The notes under the pieces were generated by a model. The model saw only the letters and a program-made list of their open reading frames with translations, had not been told where the DNA came from and did not search any database. A DNA stretch of 64,000 nt, from NCBI RefSeq assembly GCF_009914755.1, contig NC_060943.1; one strand, given 5' to 3'. Both the position numbers and the translations under genes were made by a program. Positions within the stretch are counted from its first letter, which is position 1. Each line of letters starts with the position of its first letter. This document shows positions 19,831-46,093 of this stretch, piece after piece. The stretch comes from the human T2T-CHM13v2.0 reference genome, Homo sapiens.

Positions 19831-20998
19831 CAAGATTCAAGGTCAGTGGGAGATTTGCCTGTTAACCCTTAACTTCTTAGTGGCCTTGAGTAACAAAATA
19901 GCTCTGGTCTAGGGGATGAGCCCTGGTGATTTTGCCCCACACCGTTTTTTGTTGTTTTTTTTTTTTGAGACAGAGTCATCTCCCAGGCTTTTGGTTCTTC
20001 TTGATGGCAACATCTGCCCAGGAGTCCCCGCCTGGCCTCCCACAGCCCTAGGGTGAGAGGTAAGAAATAGCTACTGTTGGCTGGGCGCAGTGGCTCACGC
20101 CTATAATCCCAGCACTTTGGGAGGCCGAGGTGGGCGGATCACCTGAGGTCGGGAGTTTGAGACCAGCCTGACCAACATGGAGAAACCCCGTCCCTACTAA
20201 AAATACAAAATTAGCCAGGTGCGGTGGCGCATGCCTGTAATCCCAGCTAGTCAGGAGGCTGAGGCAGGAGAATCACTTGAACCTGGGAGGCAGATGTTGC
20301 AGTGAGCCAGATTGTGCCATTGCACTCCAGCCTGGGCAACAAGAGTGAAACTCTGTTTCAAAAAAAAAAAAAAAGAAAAGAAAAGAAAAAAAGAAATAGC
20401 TACTGTTGGCCGGTGGCTCACACCGGTAATCCCAGCACTTTGGGAAGCCAAGGCGGACAGATCACTTGAGCTCAGGAGTTCAAGACCAGCCTGGCCAATA
20501 TGGCAAAATCCTGTCTCTACCAAAAATACAAAATTAACCGGGTATGGTGACGCATGCCTGTAATCCCAGCTTCTCCACAGGCTGAGGTGGAAGGATCGCT
20601 TGAGACTGGAGGGGTGGAGGTTGCAGTGAGCCAAGATTGCACCACTGCACTGCAGCCTGGGTAGCAGAGCAAGACCCTGTCTCAAAACCAAAAATGAGAT
20701 AGCTGCTGTTTTCTGGGCTATTTCATTACATTATTCAGCAGCCTGATTCCCATTTTCTTTTATTATTTATTTATTTATTTATTTTCGAGATGGAGTTCTG
20801 CTCTGTCGCCCAGGCTAGAGTGTAGCCGTACGATCTCGGCTCACTGCAACCTCTGCCTCCCGGTTTCCAGCAATTCTCTGCCTCAGCCTCCCAAGTAGCT
20901 GGGATTACAGGAGCCCACCACCACGCCTGGCTAATTTTTTGAATTTTTAGTAGAGATGGGGTTTCACCATGTTGGCCAGGCTGATCTTGAACTCCTGA

Positions 20999-21289
<291 letters not shown>

Positions 21290-21456
21290 TGACCAGGCTG
21301 CTCTCAAACTCCTGACCTAAAGTGATCCGCCCACCTCAGCCTGCCAAGGTAAACCAACTGTGATTTCTGTTTTCTGGATCAGGAAACTAAGGATCAGAGA
21401 GGCAGAGTAACTTGCCCCAGGTCACACAGCCAGAAATTGCCAGCCCCAGGGTTTGA

Positions 21457-22113
<657 letters not shown>

Positions 22114-22260
22114 TAACCAGGATGGTCTCAATTTCCTGACCTCCTGATCCACCCGCCTTGGCCCCTCAAAGTGCTCGGATTACAGGTGTGAGCCACCGCG
22201 CCCAGCCAGGACGCCTAGTTCTTTCTCACTGAGAAGAGGGGAACGGCGGTGAGCATGCTG

Positions 22261-22275
22261 CCACAAGGTGGCACT
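22261..22275 (+). promoter_or_regulatory. Candidate CTCF site
   Basis: CCACAAGGTGGCACT in a short unique island among Alus. Confidence 0.55.
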
Positions 22276-23775
22276 GCTGGTCCCAGATGGGTCCCTGCCT
22301 GGCACAGGTGTTCCCTGTCTCTCCTCTGACCCTTCCTTCCCTCCATCCATCCATCCGTTTTTAAGCATGTCCTATTGAGTGTGAGCCAGGCCAGCGATTC
22401 ACTGGATATGCAGTCATTCAACAAACAATAATTAAGCACCTGCTGTGTGCCAAGCCTGTGCTGGGCAGCCCTGGAGACAGACACAGGATGGCAGGATTGC
22501 ATTAAGACTTCTGGGGCCAGCTATGGTGGCTCACACCTGTAATCCCAGCACTTTGGGAGGCCGAGGATGGTGGATCACCTGAGGTCAGGAGTTTAAGAAC
22601 AGCCTGGCCAACGGACAGAAACCCTGTCTCTATTAAAAATACAAAATTAGCCAGGCATGGTGGCGCATGCCTGTAATCCCAGCTAGTTGGGAGGCTGAGG
22701 CAGGAGAATCGCTTGAACCCGGGATGGTGAGGTGAGAATTGCTTGAATCCTCTCTGAGCCATCCCTGTCCTCCCCTCCTCCCTCCCTCTCGCTCACTCTT
22801 TGCACTCCAGCCTGAGCGACAAAAACGAAACTCTGTCTCAAAAAAAAAAAAAAAGACTTTTGCGGCCAGGCACGGTGGCTCAGCTCTTTGGGAGGTTGAG
22901 GCCAGAGGATCACTGGAGGCCAGGAGTTCGAGACCAGCCAGGCCACATAGCAAGACCCCGTCTCTGCACAAACTTAAAAAATGTAGCCAGGCATGATGGT
23001 GCCTGCCTGGGGCATCGGCTACTTCGAAGGTTGAGGAGGGAGGATTGCTTGAGCCCAAGAGTTCTAGTCTGCAGTGAGCTGTGATAGCACCACTGCACTC
23101 CAGTCTGGGCGACAGAGCAAGACCCTGACTCAAAACAAAAAACAAACAAACAAAGGCTTTTGGGGCTGGGCACAGTGGCTCATGCCTATAATTCCCAGAA
23201 GATTGGGAGTCTGAGGCAGAAGAATTACTTGAAGCCAGGAGGTTCTGTTTTGTTTTGTTTTCTTTTCTTTTGAGATGGAGTGTGACCAGGTGGATAAAAT
23301 AGAGGGTTATCAGGGCTGTGATAGGGTGCACAAGTGTGATGGAGCCTGGGGTAGGTGCTGGACCTAGGTGGGTGAGAGTAGTTCTGGAGGACTTTCAGGA
23401 TGAGGTGATGTCTAAGCTGAGCCCTGAGAAGTGAACAGCGATCAGGCAGGTAAAGGCACCAAAAAGCTGTTTCAGGCCAAGGGAACAGAGAGTGCTAAGA
23501 CACAGAATAAGACTGGAGCGTAGAATGTGGTGGGGGTGGCATCAGGGGAAAAAAGATGAAGCTGGACAGAGTGGCCAGGGTCAGGCTGCCAGATCTAAGG
23601 GCACTGGGGAGCCACAGTAGGTTCCAGAGCAGGAGCAGCAAGGGCAAGTTGGAACATTTGAAAGATCTCTTGGGCCACCCTGTGGATAATGATTCAAAGG
23701 GAATAAGACTGGAGGATGAGGAATGGGAGGAGGAAAGGAACCAAATGCTTCAGGTAACTCTGGAAGAAAAAGTAG

Positions 23776-24250
<475 letters not shown>

Positions 24251-24267
24251 TAGCCAGGATGGTCTCA

Positions 24268-24366
<99 letters not shown>

Positions 24367-24531
24367 TTAAGACGAAGTCTAGCTCTGTCACCCAGGCTGG
24401 AGTACAATGGCACGATCTTGGGTCACTGTAGCCCCCGCCTCCTGGGTTCAAGGGATTCTCCTGCCTCGGCCTGCTGAGCAGCTGGCGTTACAGGTGCATG
24501 TGACCATGCCCGGCTAATTTTTATATTTTAA

Positions 24532-25065
<534 letters not shown>

Positions 25066-25200
25066 TGAGGCTGACACAGGCCTCGGGTTGGGGGTTCCGG
25101 GGGCAGGGCCAACCTTGAGGCAGGGACCCAGCAGAGAAGCACGTTGGGGGATATGGATGAGGATGAGCTCAGCTTGCCTCTTCCAGAACCCCTGGCGTAA

Positions 25201-26810
<1,610 letters not shown>

Positions 26811-26811
26811 C

Positions 26812-28240
26812 TCAGCCAGACGTTGTCCACGTTGCCCCCCGCCACATTGTGGCTCCAGCGACCGGGTGGACACCTGACCAGCTGTGGCCCAACGGTGAGA
26901 AGGCAGAGGATTTTGTCTGGCAATTATTTGGGCTCGCTGCAGGAAGCCAGGGGTCTTTTAACATGCAGGCCCTGGCCTGTCCCCACCCCCAGGCCCTCAT
27001 GGCGCCAGCTGCCCGCTGCCCCCTGCAAGGCGCTGGCGGGCGTGGGGGAGGGGAGCAGCTCTGAGACCCACTGTCCCCTCTCCTAGGCCAGGAGTGTCCT
27101 ACTGGCTCGCATGCCCATCCGTGGAATGCCCGAGGGGACCCCGGGCCAGGCCTCCACCTGGCCATTGTCTCCTGCACCCTCCGTCCCTGGTGGCCCGTCC
27201 GGCTCTGAGCCAGACATTTACGACTTCTTGGGCCTCCCACAAGTCCTGCAGGCAGGCAGATTCCTTGTCCATGTCCGGGAAGGATGGAGGCCTGGGGCAG
27301 CTGCCTGGGAATCCGATCCCACGGGCCCCTGCAACTCCATTCCTTGGGGCCGCAGCCACCCCCACAGCCAACCCCTCCCTGGAGAACCGTGTCCAGGATG
27401 GCCAGGCCTGGCGGCTCTGGGCACGGCCCTCCCAGTGCCAGCTGCCAGGATGTGCCAGCCGCATTGGCGGGGAGAGAACAGGCCGTTCTTGGCTCTCCCG
27501 GCTGCCTCTTTGTTCCCCGGGCGGAGGTGGGGGGCTGTTGTCCTGGCAACCACCCCCTTTTCCCCAACACAGTCACACGAGGTGAAAACTGGGGGCGCCT
27601 CAGGCCTGGGGGTTCAGGTCAGGGAGGGTCCCCGGTCACCTAAGGTGGCCGAGGATCTCCCTCCTCCCCGCCAGCCCGGCTTCCTTGGAGTTCATATTTC
27701 CCGGACGACGAGGGAGGCCGGGTCACCCCCCGCACTTTTGGGGATTGGAATGCCGGAGGTGGTGGCAACAGGGGGTGGACATTCCCAGCGGGGCAGGCAC
27801 CGTGGTGGTGGCAGCTGCTAGTCCCCTGCCTGTCCCACGTCCCCCAAGTGGGAGGCCGCAGCTGGTGTGGGTGACTTTGGTTCCCGGGGCGGGGGAGGGT
27901 TATTTTGGGAGTAGGGACCAGGGAGAATGAGAGGCCCCTCCACGGGGGCAGGAAGTGGGGCGGCCCCAGCTGCATTCTCCCGTTGGCCCACCTGGCGTGG
28001 CGGGTACTGCTGCCGCTGCACAGGAAGTGTCCCCAACGCCCGCCTGTGTGGTCCACTGAGTCTAGGGCCTGGAAATGGGAGGCAGCTGGCAAGGAGGGGG
28101 CAGGGACCCGCTGGGGGTGCTGTACAGCAGATCAGAATCTTCCAGAAGAGTCCCGCTGGGGTAATGGTGGTGCCTATGGAGTGAGTGGTGACTTTGGTTC
28201 AGGCCATTTATATGCATTGGCTGGTTTAATCCAGTGTGTT
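26812..28240. promoter_or_regulatory. Candidate intergenic enhancer-like element
   Basis: 1.4 kb GC-rich, Alu-free island with retained CpGs; ETS CAGGAAGT at ~27949 and 28021, TEAD-type GGAATG motifs, GC boxes. Confidence 0.5.
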
Positions 28241-28522
28241 CCGGAGGAAGATGCTAGGAATAAATCCCCCTTTTACACATGGGGAAACTGAGGCTCAGAA
28301 ACAGAAGCGACTTGCCCAAAGTCATTCAGCAAATAAACAGCCGAGGCCAGGCGCGGTGGCTCAGACGCCTGTAATCCCAGCACTTCAGGAGGCCAAGGCG
28401 GGTGAATCACCTGAGGTCAGGAGTGTGAGACCAGCCTGGACCACACGGTGAAACCCTGTCTCTACTAAAAATATAAAAATCAGCCAGGTGTGGTGGCGGG
28501 TGCCTGTAATCCCAGCACTTCA

Positions 28523-28986
<464 letters not shown>

Positions 28987-29081
28987 TTAATAAACATCAG
29001 AAGTGGGATTCTCATGCATAGCATTTACTATCAGATATATTAACTCCACAGAGGCCTCCAAGTATATACTGTACAGTGTAG

Positions 29082-29250
29082 CTCTCAACCAGGGGTGAGT
29101 CTGTCCTTCAGGGCCCATGGGGTGATGTCTGGGGACATTTGTGGTTGTCATGACTGGGGGTTGCTCCTGATATGGAGGGGGTGGGGGCCGGGGATGCTGC
29201 TCAGCACTCTTCAGTACCCAGGATGGCCTTGCCGCAGAGAAGGAACCCAC
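29082..29250 (+). mobile_element. MER20
   Basis: ctctcaaccagggg...tgtctggggacatttgtggttgtcatgactgggg...gggatgctgct. Confidence 0.75.
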
Positions 29251-29266
29251 CCCTCATGTACAGTTA

Positions 29267-29434
<168 letters not shown>

Positions 29435-29437
29435 TCA

Positions 29438-29638
<201 letters not shown>

Positions 29639-30118
29639 CTAACTGTCAGAGTTTAGGCAAGCAGTGAGTATTCACAGTGGTTCACATCACCGGTTTGGTT
29701 GAACTGGTTTTGAGTCCTGGCTCTGCAGTGAGTTTGCTGTGTGACCTTGGGCAAATCAATGAACCTCTCTGATCCTCAGTTCCTGGGCATTGGTAGTGGT
29801 ATCTTCCTCAGGGTTGCTGTCTGGACTACATGAGATGATGCAGGTAACTGGCTTAAGACAGTGTCATGCTCAAAGTGAGGGCCCAAGAAATGTGACCTAG
29901 ATCACTATTGTTACTATTCAAGCCACAAACATTTCTTCCTTTTTTTTTTTTTGAGACAGAGTCTCGCTTTGTTGCCCAAGCCGGAGTGCAGAACCTCTGC
30001 CTCCTGGGTTCAAGCCATTCTCCTGCCTCAGCCTCCCAAGTAGCTGGGATTACAGACATGTACCACCACACCTGGCTAATTTTTGTTTTTGTTTTTGTTT
30101 TTCAATGTTTCCAGTTTC

Positions 30119-30627
<509 letters not shown>

Positions 30628-30791
30628 CTATTTGAAAAAAATAAAATAAAAAATAAAATAAAATTACATTTGTGGCTCTCATGATCACTAGCATTGGCTT
30701 AGAGGAAGAAATAGACATGAATTGACTGAATGTGGTGGCTCTTGTCTGTAATCACAACAGTTTGGGAGGCTGAGGCAGGAGGATTGCTTGA

Positions 30792-31067
<276 letters not shown>

Positions 31068-31344
31068 TGAACTCCTGACCTCGTGATCCGACAGCCTCGG
31101 CCACCCACAGTGCTGGGATTACAGGCGTGAGCCACTGCACCCGGCCATACAAGAAAAATTTAAAAAGAAGTAGATGCTGGGTGCCGTGGCTTACGCCTGT
31201 AATCCCAGCACTTTGGGAGGCAGAGGCGGAGGGATTATGAGGTCAGGAGTTCGAGACCAGCCTGGCCAATATGGTGAAACCCCGTCTCTACAAAAGATAC
31301 AAAAATTAGCCAGGCGTGGTGGCGGGTGCCTGTAATCCCAGCTA

Positions 31345-31452
<108 letters not shown>

Positions 31453-31667
31453 TCAAAACAAAAAAAAAGAGAGAGAGAGAGACATGAATCCGGTGGGGCG
31501 CAATGGCTTATGCCTGTAATCACAGCACTTTGGGAGGCCGAGGTGAGCAGATCACTTGAAGTCAGAAGGTTGAGACCAGCCTGGCCAACATGGCGAAACC
31601 CTGTCTCTACTGAAAATACAAAAATTAGGCGGGCATGGTGGCATCCACCTGTAATCCCAGCTACTCA

Positions 31668-31931
<264 letters not shown>

Positions 31932-32038
31932 TTAGCCAGGCAAGGTGGCTTGCACCTGTAATCCTAGCTACTAGCTACTAGGGAGGCTGAGGTGTGAGGA
32001 CTGGATTGCTTGAACCTGGGGGGCGGAGGTTACAGTGA

Positions 32039-32380
<342 letters not shown>

Positions 32381-33138
32381 TAGTAGAGACGGGGTTTTAC
32401 CGTGTTAGCCAGGATGGTCTTGAACTGCTGACCTCATGATCCACCCACCTTGGCCTCCCAAAGTGCCGAGATTACAGGCATGAGCCACCGCGCCCGGCCA
32501 GCAGTCTTTTTTTTCTGTTTCTTTCTTTTTTTTTTTTTTTTTTTTGAGACGGAGTCTCGCTTTGTTGCCCAGGCTGGAGTGCAGTGGCGTGATCTCGGCT
32601 CACCGCAAGCTCCGCCTCCCGGGTTCACGCCATTCTTCTGCCTCAGCTTCTTGAGCAGCTGTATTTTTTGTATTTTTAGTAGAGACGGGGTTTCACCATG
32701 TTAGCCAGGATGGTCTTGAACTCCTGACCTCGTGATCCACCTGCCTCGGCCTCCCAAAGTGCTGAGATTACAGGTGTGAGCCACCGCACCTGGCCCAGCA
32801 GTCTCTTTTTTCAAAATCCCTCTGTGGGTGTCACCTGGCCCCAGGCTTGCTTCAGCGACACTAGTCTACTTTCAGTTCCATGCTCCTGTCATGTTCCCTT
32901 ATATGCCAGGCCTTTGCACAGGCTGTTCCCTCTGCCTGGCACACTCTTCCCTGTTTTCTGCCTAGCCAACTGTGCGAATCCTTCAGATCTCATTTCAAGC
33001 ACTGCTTCCTTAGGAAAGCTTTCGTGGAGCTCCGATAACGAGCCGCTATGCATCTGTCCAATGGGGAACGTGGCAGAGAAGCCTTTTGACACTTTATTGG
33101 TAGAATTTGTTGATTCATGTCTATTTCTTTTTTTTTGA

Positions 33139-38808
<5,670 letters not shown>

Positions 38809-39116
38809 CTAAGTGCGGGGGAGGAAGCCGAAGCTGCTGTAAGCAGAGGAGACACAGGATCTGACTCAGGTATGAGACCCACAAAGCAGCCCTGGGGCTC
38901 AATAGCAACCTCTGTGAATTACACCAGCACACAGTTTCTCCCCCTGTGTACTGTGATATTGTGGGTGGCTTTTTTTTTTATTTTTATTTTTTTGAGACAG
39001 TGTCTTGCTCTATCACCCAGGCCGGAGTGCAGTAGCACGATCATGGCTCACTTCAGCCTCGATCTCCCAGACTCAAGTGATCCTCCAGCCTCAGCCTCCC
39101 TAATAGCTGGGACTAA

Positions 39117-39557
<441 letters not shown>

Positions 39558-39774
39558 TGACCTCGTGATCCGCCTGCCTTGGCCCCCCAAAGTGCTGGGC
39601 TGGGTGTGAGTCACCGTGCCCGGCCAGTTTTTCTTTTTCTCTTTTTTTTTTTTTTGTAGAGATGGGGGTCTCACAGTGTTGCCCAGGCTTGTCTCAAACT
39701 CCTGGTCTCAAGTGATCCTCCAGCCATGGCCTCCTAAAGTCCTGGGATTACAGGAATGAGCCACCATGCTCAGC

Positions 39775-39975
39775 CCCCTTGGTACTGTTGACATTCAGGA
39801 TAAACAATTCCTGATTGTGGGGGCCGTCCTGGACACTGCAGGGTGCTGAACAGCGTCCCTGGCCTCCACCCTCTCCACGCCAATAAGACTCTTCTCCCCC
39901 GATCCCCTGCAGTTGTGACAGCCAATACAACCAGACATTAGCAGAGGGGAGAATTCTCCCCAAGTAGGACCCCTG
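39775..39975 (-). mobile_element. MER20
   Basis: ggggccgtcctggacactgcagggtgctgaacagcgtccctggcctccacc...agttgtgaca...ccagacatt. Confidence 0.75.
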
Positions 39976-40239
39976 GTCTTGGCACTGTGAGACCCCAGTA
40001 GGCTGGGGCAGACTCAGGGTGGAAAAGGCAGGTTATGCCGGGTTTGGGTCCTGGGAGACCTTCCCGGTTTCCTTTGTCCATTCCAGGCATTCAGTGATAG
40101 TTCTAGGGAGGGGAGACACAGATACCTAAACCGCTAGAGCTTGGGGAGGTTGCAGACAACCTGTTGCCCACTCCTCGACTCCTCTGAGAGTCACCTGTGC
40201 AAGAGAGAGGGCTTCCTCCTGGTAGAGACTAATAAAGCT

Positions 40240-40245
40240 TTTAAT
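40240..40245 (-). terminator. Probable ARRDC5 polyadenylation signal ATTAAA
   Basis: tttaat on + strand, 18 nt past the stop codon; implies a very short 3'UTR. Confidence 0.55.
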
Positions 40246-40263
40246 ATTTAAAAGTTCGGGCAC

Positions 40264-40791
40264 TTAATTCTGGTGATCTGGGTTCACGGGTAACACTCCG
40301 TCCTCTGACAGCTGGCAGATGGCAGAGTCCACTGAGGCGCTGGTGATGATGATGGGAACTTTGGCCTTGAGGCTGGTCAGGGACCAGGGCAGGTGCACGG
40401 TGGTGACCAGCTCGTAGCGAGTGTGCATGATCTCACCGTCCTGCGTGCTGCTGCTCACGGACAGCAGCAACGGCAGGTTGAAGGTGCTGACAACCTTGGT
40501 GGTGTTGAAGCGGGTCACGGGGGTGTTGGCCTCCTGCCTCAGAAGCTCGCTGCTGTCCAGCCGAGACCGCCGCTCTGCACTGGGCGTGAAGCCCTCGTAC
40601 TGTATGTGGGCATACAGGGCGAATACGACCGTCTTGATGCATTTGCTGGTCTGGTTGTTGATCTCTGTTGTGAAGACGACCTTCTCTCCTGGCGTGAAGG
40701 TGTTCCTTTCCATCTGGATTTGCAAACAGACAGTGCCCTGGCGGCAGCAGTTGTAGGAGACTTTCTCCTCAGCCTCCACGAACAAGGGGTT
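40264..40791 (-). CDS. ARRDC5: ARRDC5 exon 3 (arrestin C domain, stop codon)
   Basis: Encodes [36 protein letters not shown]...VNPDHQN*; acceptor cctcctag|; TAA at 40266-40264. Confidence 0.95.
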   Translation of the reverse strand, partial: NPLFVEAEEKVSYNCCRQGTVCLQIQMERNTFTPGEKVVFTTEINNQTSKCIKTVVFALYAHIQYEGFTPSAERRSRLDSSELLRQEANTPVTRFNTTKVVSTFNLPLLLSVSSSTQDGEIMHTRYELVTTVHLPWSLTSLKAKVPIIITSASVDSAICQLSEDGVLPVNPDHQN

Positions 40792-41227
40792 CTAGGAGGA
40801 TGTGGGGGAACAGACAACCGTGAGGGACCAGGACCACAAAATCCACTTGCCTGCCTGATCCACCCTGGGAACTCCTCAAAGTCTGTGGGGCTGGCTGGGC
40901 ACGATAGCTCACGCCTATAATCCCAACACCTTGGGAGGCCGAGGCGGGAGGATCACCATGTCAGGAGTTCGAGACCAGCCTGGCCAACATGGCGAAACTC
41001 CATCTATACTAAAAATACAAAAATTAGCTGAGCGTGATGGAGCATCCCTGTAATCCCAGCTACTCAGGAGGCTGAGGCAGGAGAATCTCTTGAACCCGGG
41101 AGGTGGAGGTTGCAGTGAGCCGAGATTGTGTGATTGCACTTCAGCCAGGGCTACAGAGCAAAACTCCGTCTCAAAAAAAAAAAAAAGTCTCTGGGGCTTT
41201 GGGGGCTCTCCTAGGAAGAGGCATTAA

Positions 41228-41527
<300 letters not shown>

Positions 41528-41622
41528 TGAACTCCTGACCTTGTGATCCGCCTGCCTCGGCCTACCAAAGTGCTGGGATTACAGGCATGAGCCACTGCAT
41601 CCAGCATTTTTTTTTTTTTTAA

Positions 41623-41907
<285 letters not shown>

Positions 41908-42214
41908 TAGCAAATTGTTATTTCTGATATTTTTATTCTACTTGTTGCCTGTTCTGTTCTTTTATCTTAATATAAAAAAGTGGTTGCAACCTGCTAAATT
42001 GATTTTTTGTGATATTGCCTATTTAGATTCTTGCCTATTCTTTCATTTTATAAAAATATGGCCAGGCGCTCCCAGCATTTCAGGAGGCTGAGCGGGTGGA
42101 TCATGAGGTCAAGAGATCAAGACCATCCTGGCCAACTTGGTGAAACCCCGTCTCTACTAAAAATACAAAAATTAGCCGGGCGTGGTGGCAGGCGTCGGCA
42201 ATCCCAGCTACTCA

Positions 42215-42614
<400 letters not shown>

Positions 42615-42723
42615 TCAGGAGGCTGAGGCAGGAGAATCACTTGAACCTGGGAGACTGAGGTTGCAGTGAGGCTGAGATCCAGCCCTGCACTCCAGCCTGA
42701 GCAACAGAGTGAGACTCTGTCTC

Positions 42724-42754
<31 letters not shown>

Positions 42755-43072
42755 TGCTTGTATTCCACCAAATGGATTTTTGCAACCCACGACTGGGTTG
42801 TGACCTGTGATTTGAAAAACATTGCTGGCTGGGCATGGTGGCTCATGCCTGTAATCCCAGCACTTTGGGGAGGCCAAGGGGGGAGGATCACTGGAGCCCA
42901 GAAGTTCAAGACCAGCCTGGGCAACATAGTGAGACCCTGTCTCCAAAAAAAAAAAAAAAAAAAAAAACCAAAAAGGAAGGCCGGGTGCGGTGGCTCACCC
43001 CTGTAATCCCAGCACTTTGGGAGGCCGAGGTGGGTGGATCACGAGGTCAGGAGATTGAGACCATCCAGGCTA

Positions 43073-43372
<300 letters not shown>

Positions 43373-43447
43373 TCACGAGGTCAGGAGATTGAGACCATCC
43401 TGGCTAACACGGTGAAACCCCGTCTCTAATAAAAAATACAAAAAATT

Positions 43448-44033
<586 letters not shown>

Positions 44034-45029
44034 TCAGGCAGACCCTTGACCCCCTCTGACCTCACCTCCCACTTTTCTGCCTCTGGCTTCTCTTCAGCCT
44101 TTTCAGGAGCAGCTGGAGCTCCCCCTCCTCTCCTGAAGGTTAATTGAATCTGGTTACATTGTAAATCCCTGCAGTCTTATTCGAAAATTCGTAGCATGCG
44201 TTAGGACCCTGCAGGTGTGAAAGAACCTGCTGCCCTAACTCCAGACAAAGCTGGTATTTCTGTCCTGGTCCTGAAGGAGGTATCAGGAGGTGCCAAGAGC
44301 TACCAATGTCCCTTATTTCCAAATGAGCTATTACATTTTTTTTTTTAATAGCGGTACCGGCTAGGAGCGGTGGCTAACGCCTGTAATCCCAGCACTTTGG
44401 GAGGCCTAGGCAGGCGGATCACCTGAAGTCAGGAGTTTAAGACCAGCCTGGCCAACATGTGGAAACTCCGTCTTTACTAAAAAATACAAAAATTAGCTGG
44501 GCGTGGTGGTGGGTACTTCTCATCCCAGCTACTCGGGAGGATGAGGCAGGAGAGTCACTTGAAGCTGGGAGGCAGAGGTTGTATTGAGCCAAGATTGCGC
44601 CACTGCACTCCCGCCTGGGTGACAAAGTGAGACTCCGTCTCAAAAAAAAAAAAAAAAAAAAAAAAAGAAAGAAAGAAAAAGGAAAAAAAATGCCAGCCCT
44701 CTGACATTTGTCGTCCTGTCCCAATGCTCTGATGACAAATGACTCCCTGGAGATGTGAAGTGACTTTGGCCAACGTCCCTCCTCCCACCTCGACTTCCGC
44801 CTCTGCACCTGGACTCGGGAAGGGATCCAGAACGAGTCCTTCACTCAGCCAAGCGGAGGCTGCACTGCCCGTCCTTCTCCTGGACTGAGGCCACCACCTC
44901 TATTGTCTGGGAGCTCCAAGGTCAGTGCTGGAGGGCCACTGAGTGTACATGCCTCTCTCCCACCCTGAGGGTCACCCTGTGGGGCCTTTTCTTGGCTTTT
45001 CCCCAGGGTCGTGTCTCCCTCTTGACAAG

Positions 45030-45212
45030 TGGACATTTGGGCCATTCTCCTGGGTGGGGCCGTCCTGGGCACTGCAGGGTGCTGAGCAGCGCCCCTGGCC
45101 TCCACCCACTCCATGCCAGGAGCACCCCCCAAGTTGAGACAACCACAGATGTCTCCAGACATTGCCAAATGTCCCTTATGGGGATAAAACAGCCACAGTT
45201 GAAAACCACTGG
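45030..45212 (-). mobile_element. MER20
   Basis: gggccgtcctgggcactgcaggg...gtctccagacattgccaaatgtccc...gttgaaaaccactg. Confidence 0.8.
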
Positions 45213-45427
45213 CTTAGTTCCTGCCCTTGTTTCTTTTCTAAAAAAAATGTTGGCCTGGCATGGTGGCTCACGCCTGTAATCCCAGCACTTTGGGAGGCCA
45301 AGGCAGGCGGATCACCTGAGGTCGGGAGTTTGAGACCAGCCTTGCCAACATGGCGAAACCCTGTCTCTACTAAAAATACAAAAATTAGCTGGGCATGGTG
45401 GTGCACATCTGTAATCCCAGTTACTCA

Positions 45428-45634
<207 letters not shown>

Positions 45635-45887
45635 TTATTTTAGAGACAGGGTCTCACTCTGTCGCCCAGGCTGGAGTGCAGTGGTGCAAACATGGCTTAC
45701 TGCAGCCTTGACCTCCAGCTGCCCTAAGGTTTCTGACTCACCTTTTGTGAAATCTCGGGGCCTGGGAAGCTGCCAACACCCTTCCCTTCTCCCCATGGGA
45801 CCTTCTCTGTCCCCTGCCTGCCCACCTTCCCTCTTCCTCCTTGGAGCTTGGAGATTGTTCCCACCTCCACCTTTCCCCCATCGGTAC

Positions 45888-46093
45888 CTGGAATGGGGTT
45901 TCTTTGTGGAAGGTGGAAGTTCCTTGAACCAATAAGTACATCCTCTTCTTGGCTAAAATGTGTTCCCTGCCCATGCAGGAAGCTTGTACGAAATAGAAGA
46001 CATGGCCAAATTTGCTGGTGAAGGTAGAAGGAAGCCTGGGAGGTAAGTTGAAATGGAAGTCAAAGGTGTGGCTGCCTGCACTTAACCAATTAT
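45888..46093 (-). CDS. ARRDC5: ARRDC5 exon 2 (206 nt)
   Basis: Encodes (D)[37 protein letters not shown]...KETPFQ, with the alpha-arrestin F-x-F-x-LP..LPS-F motif; acceptor tttcag|, donor |gtaccg. Confidence 0.95.

Noticed and set aside
26812-27821. 254-aa and 236-aa ORFs in the GC-rich island
   Set aside because: Overlapping frames on both strands, Pro/Gly/Arg-rich, no recognisable domain; expected from stop-codon scarcity
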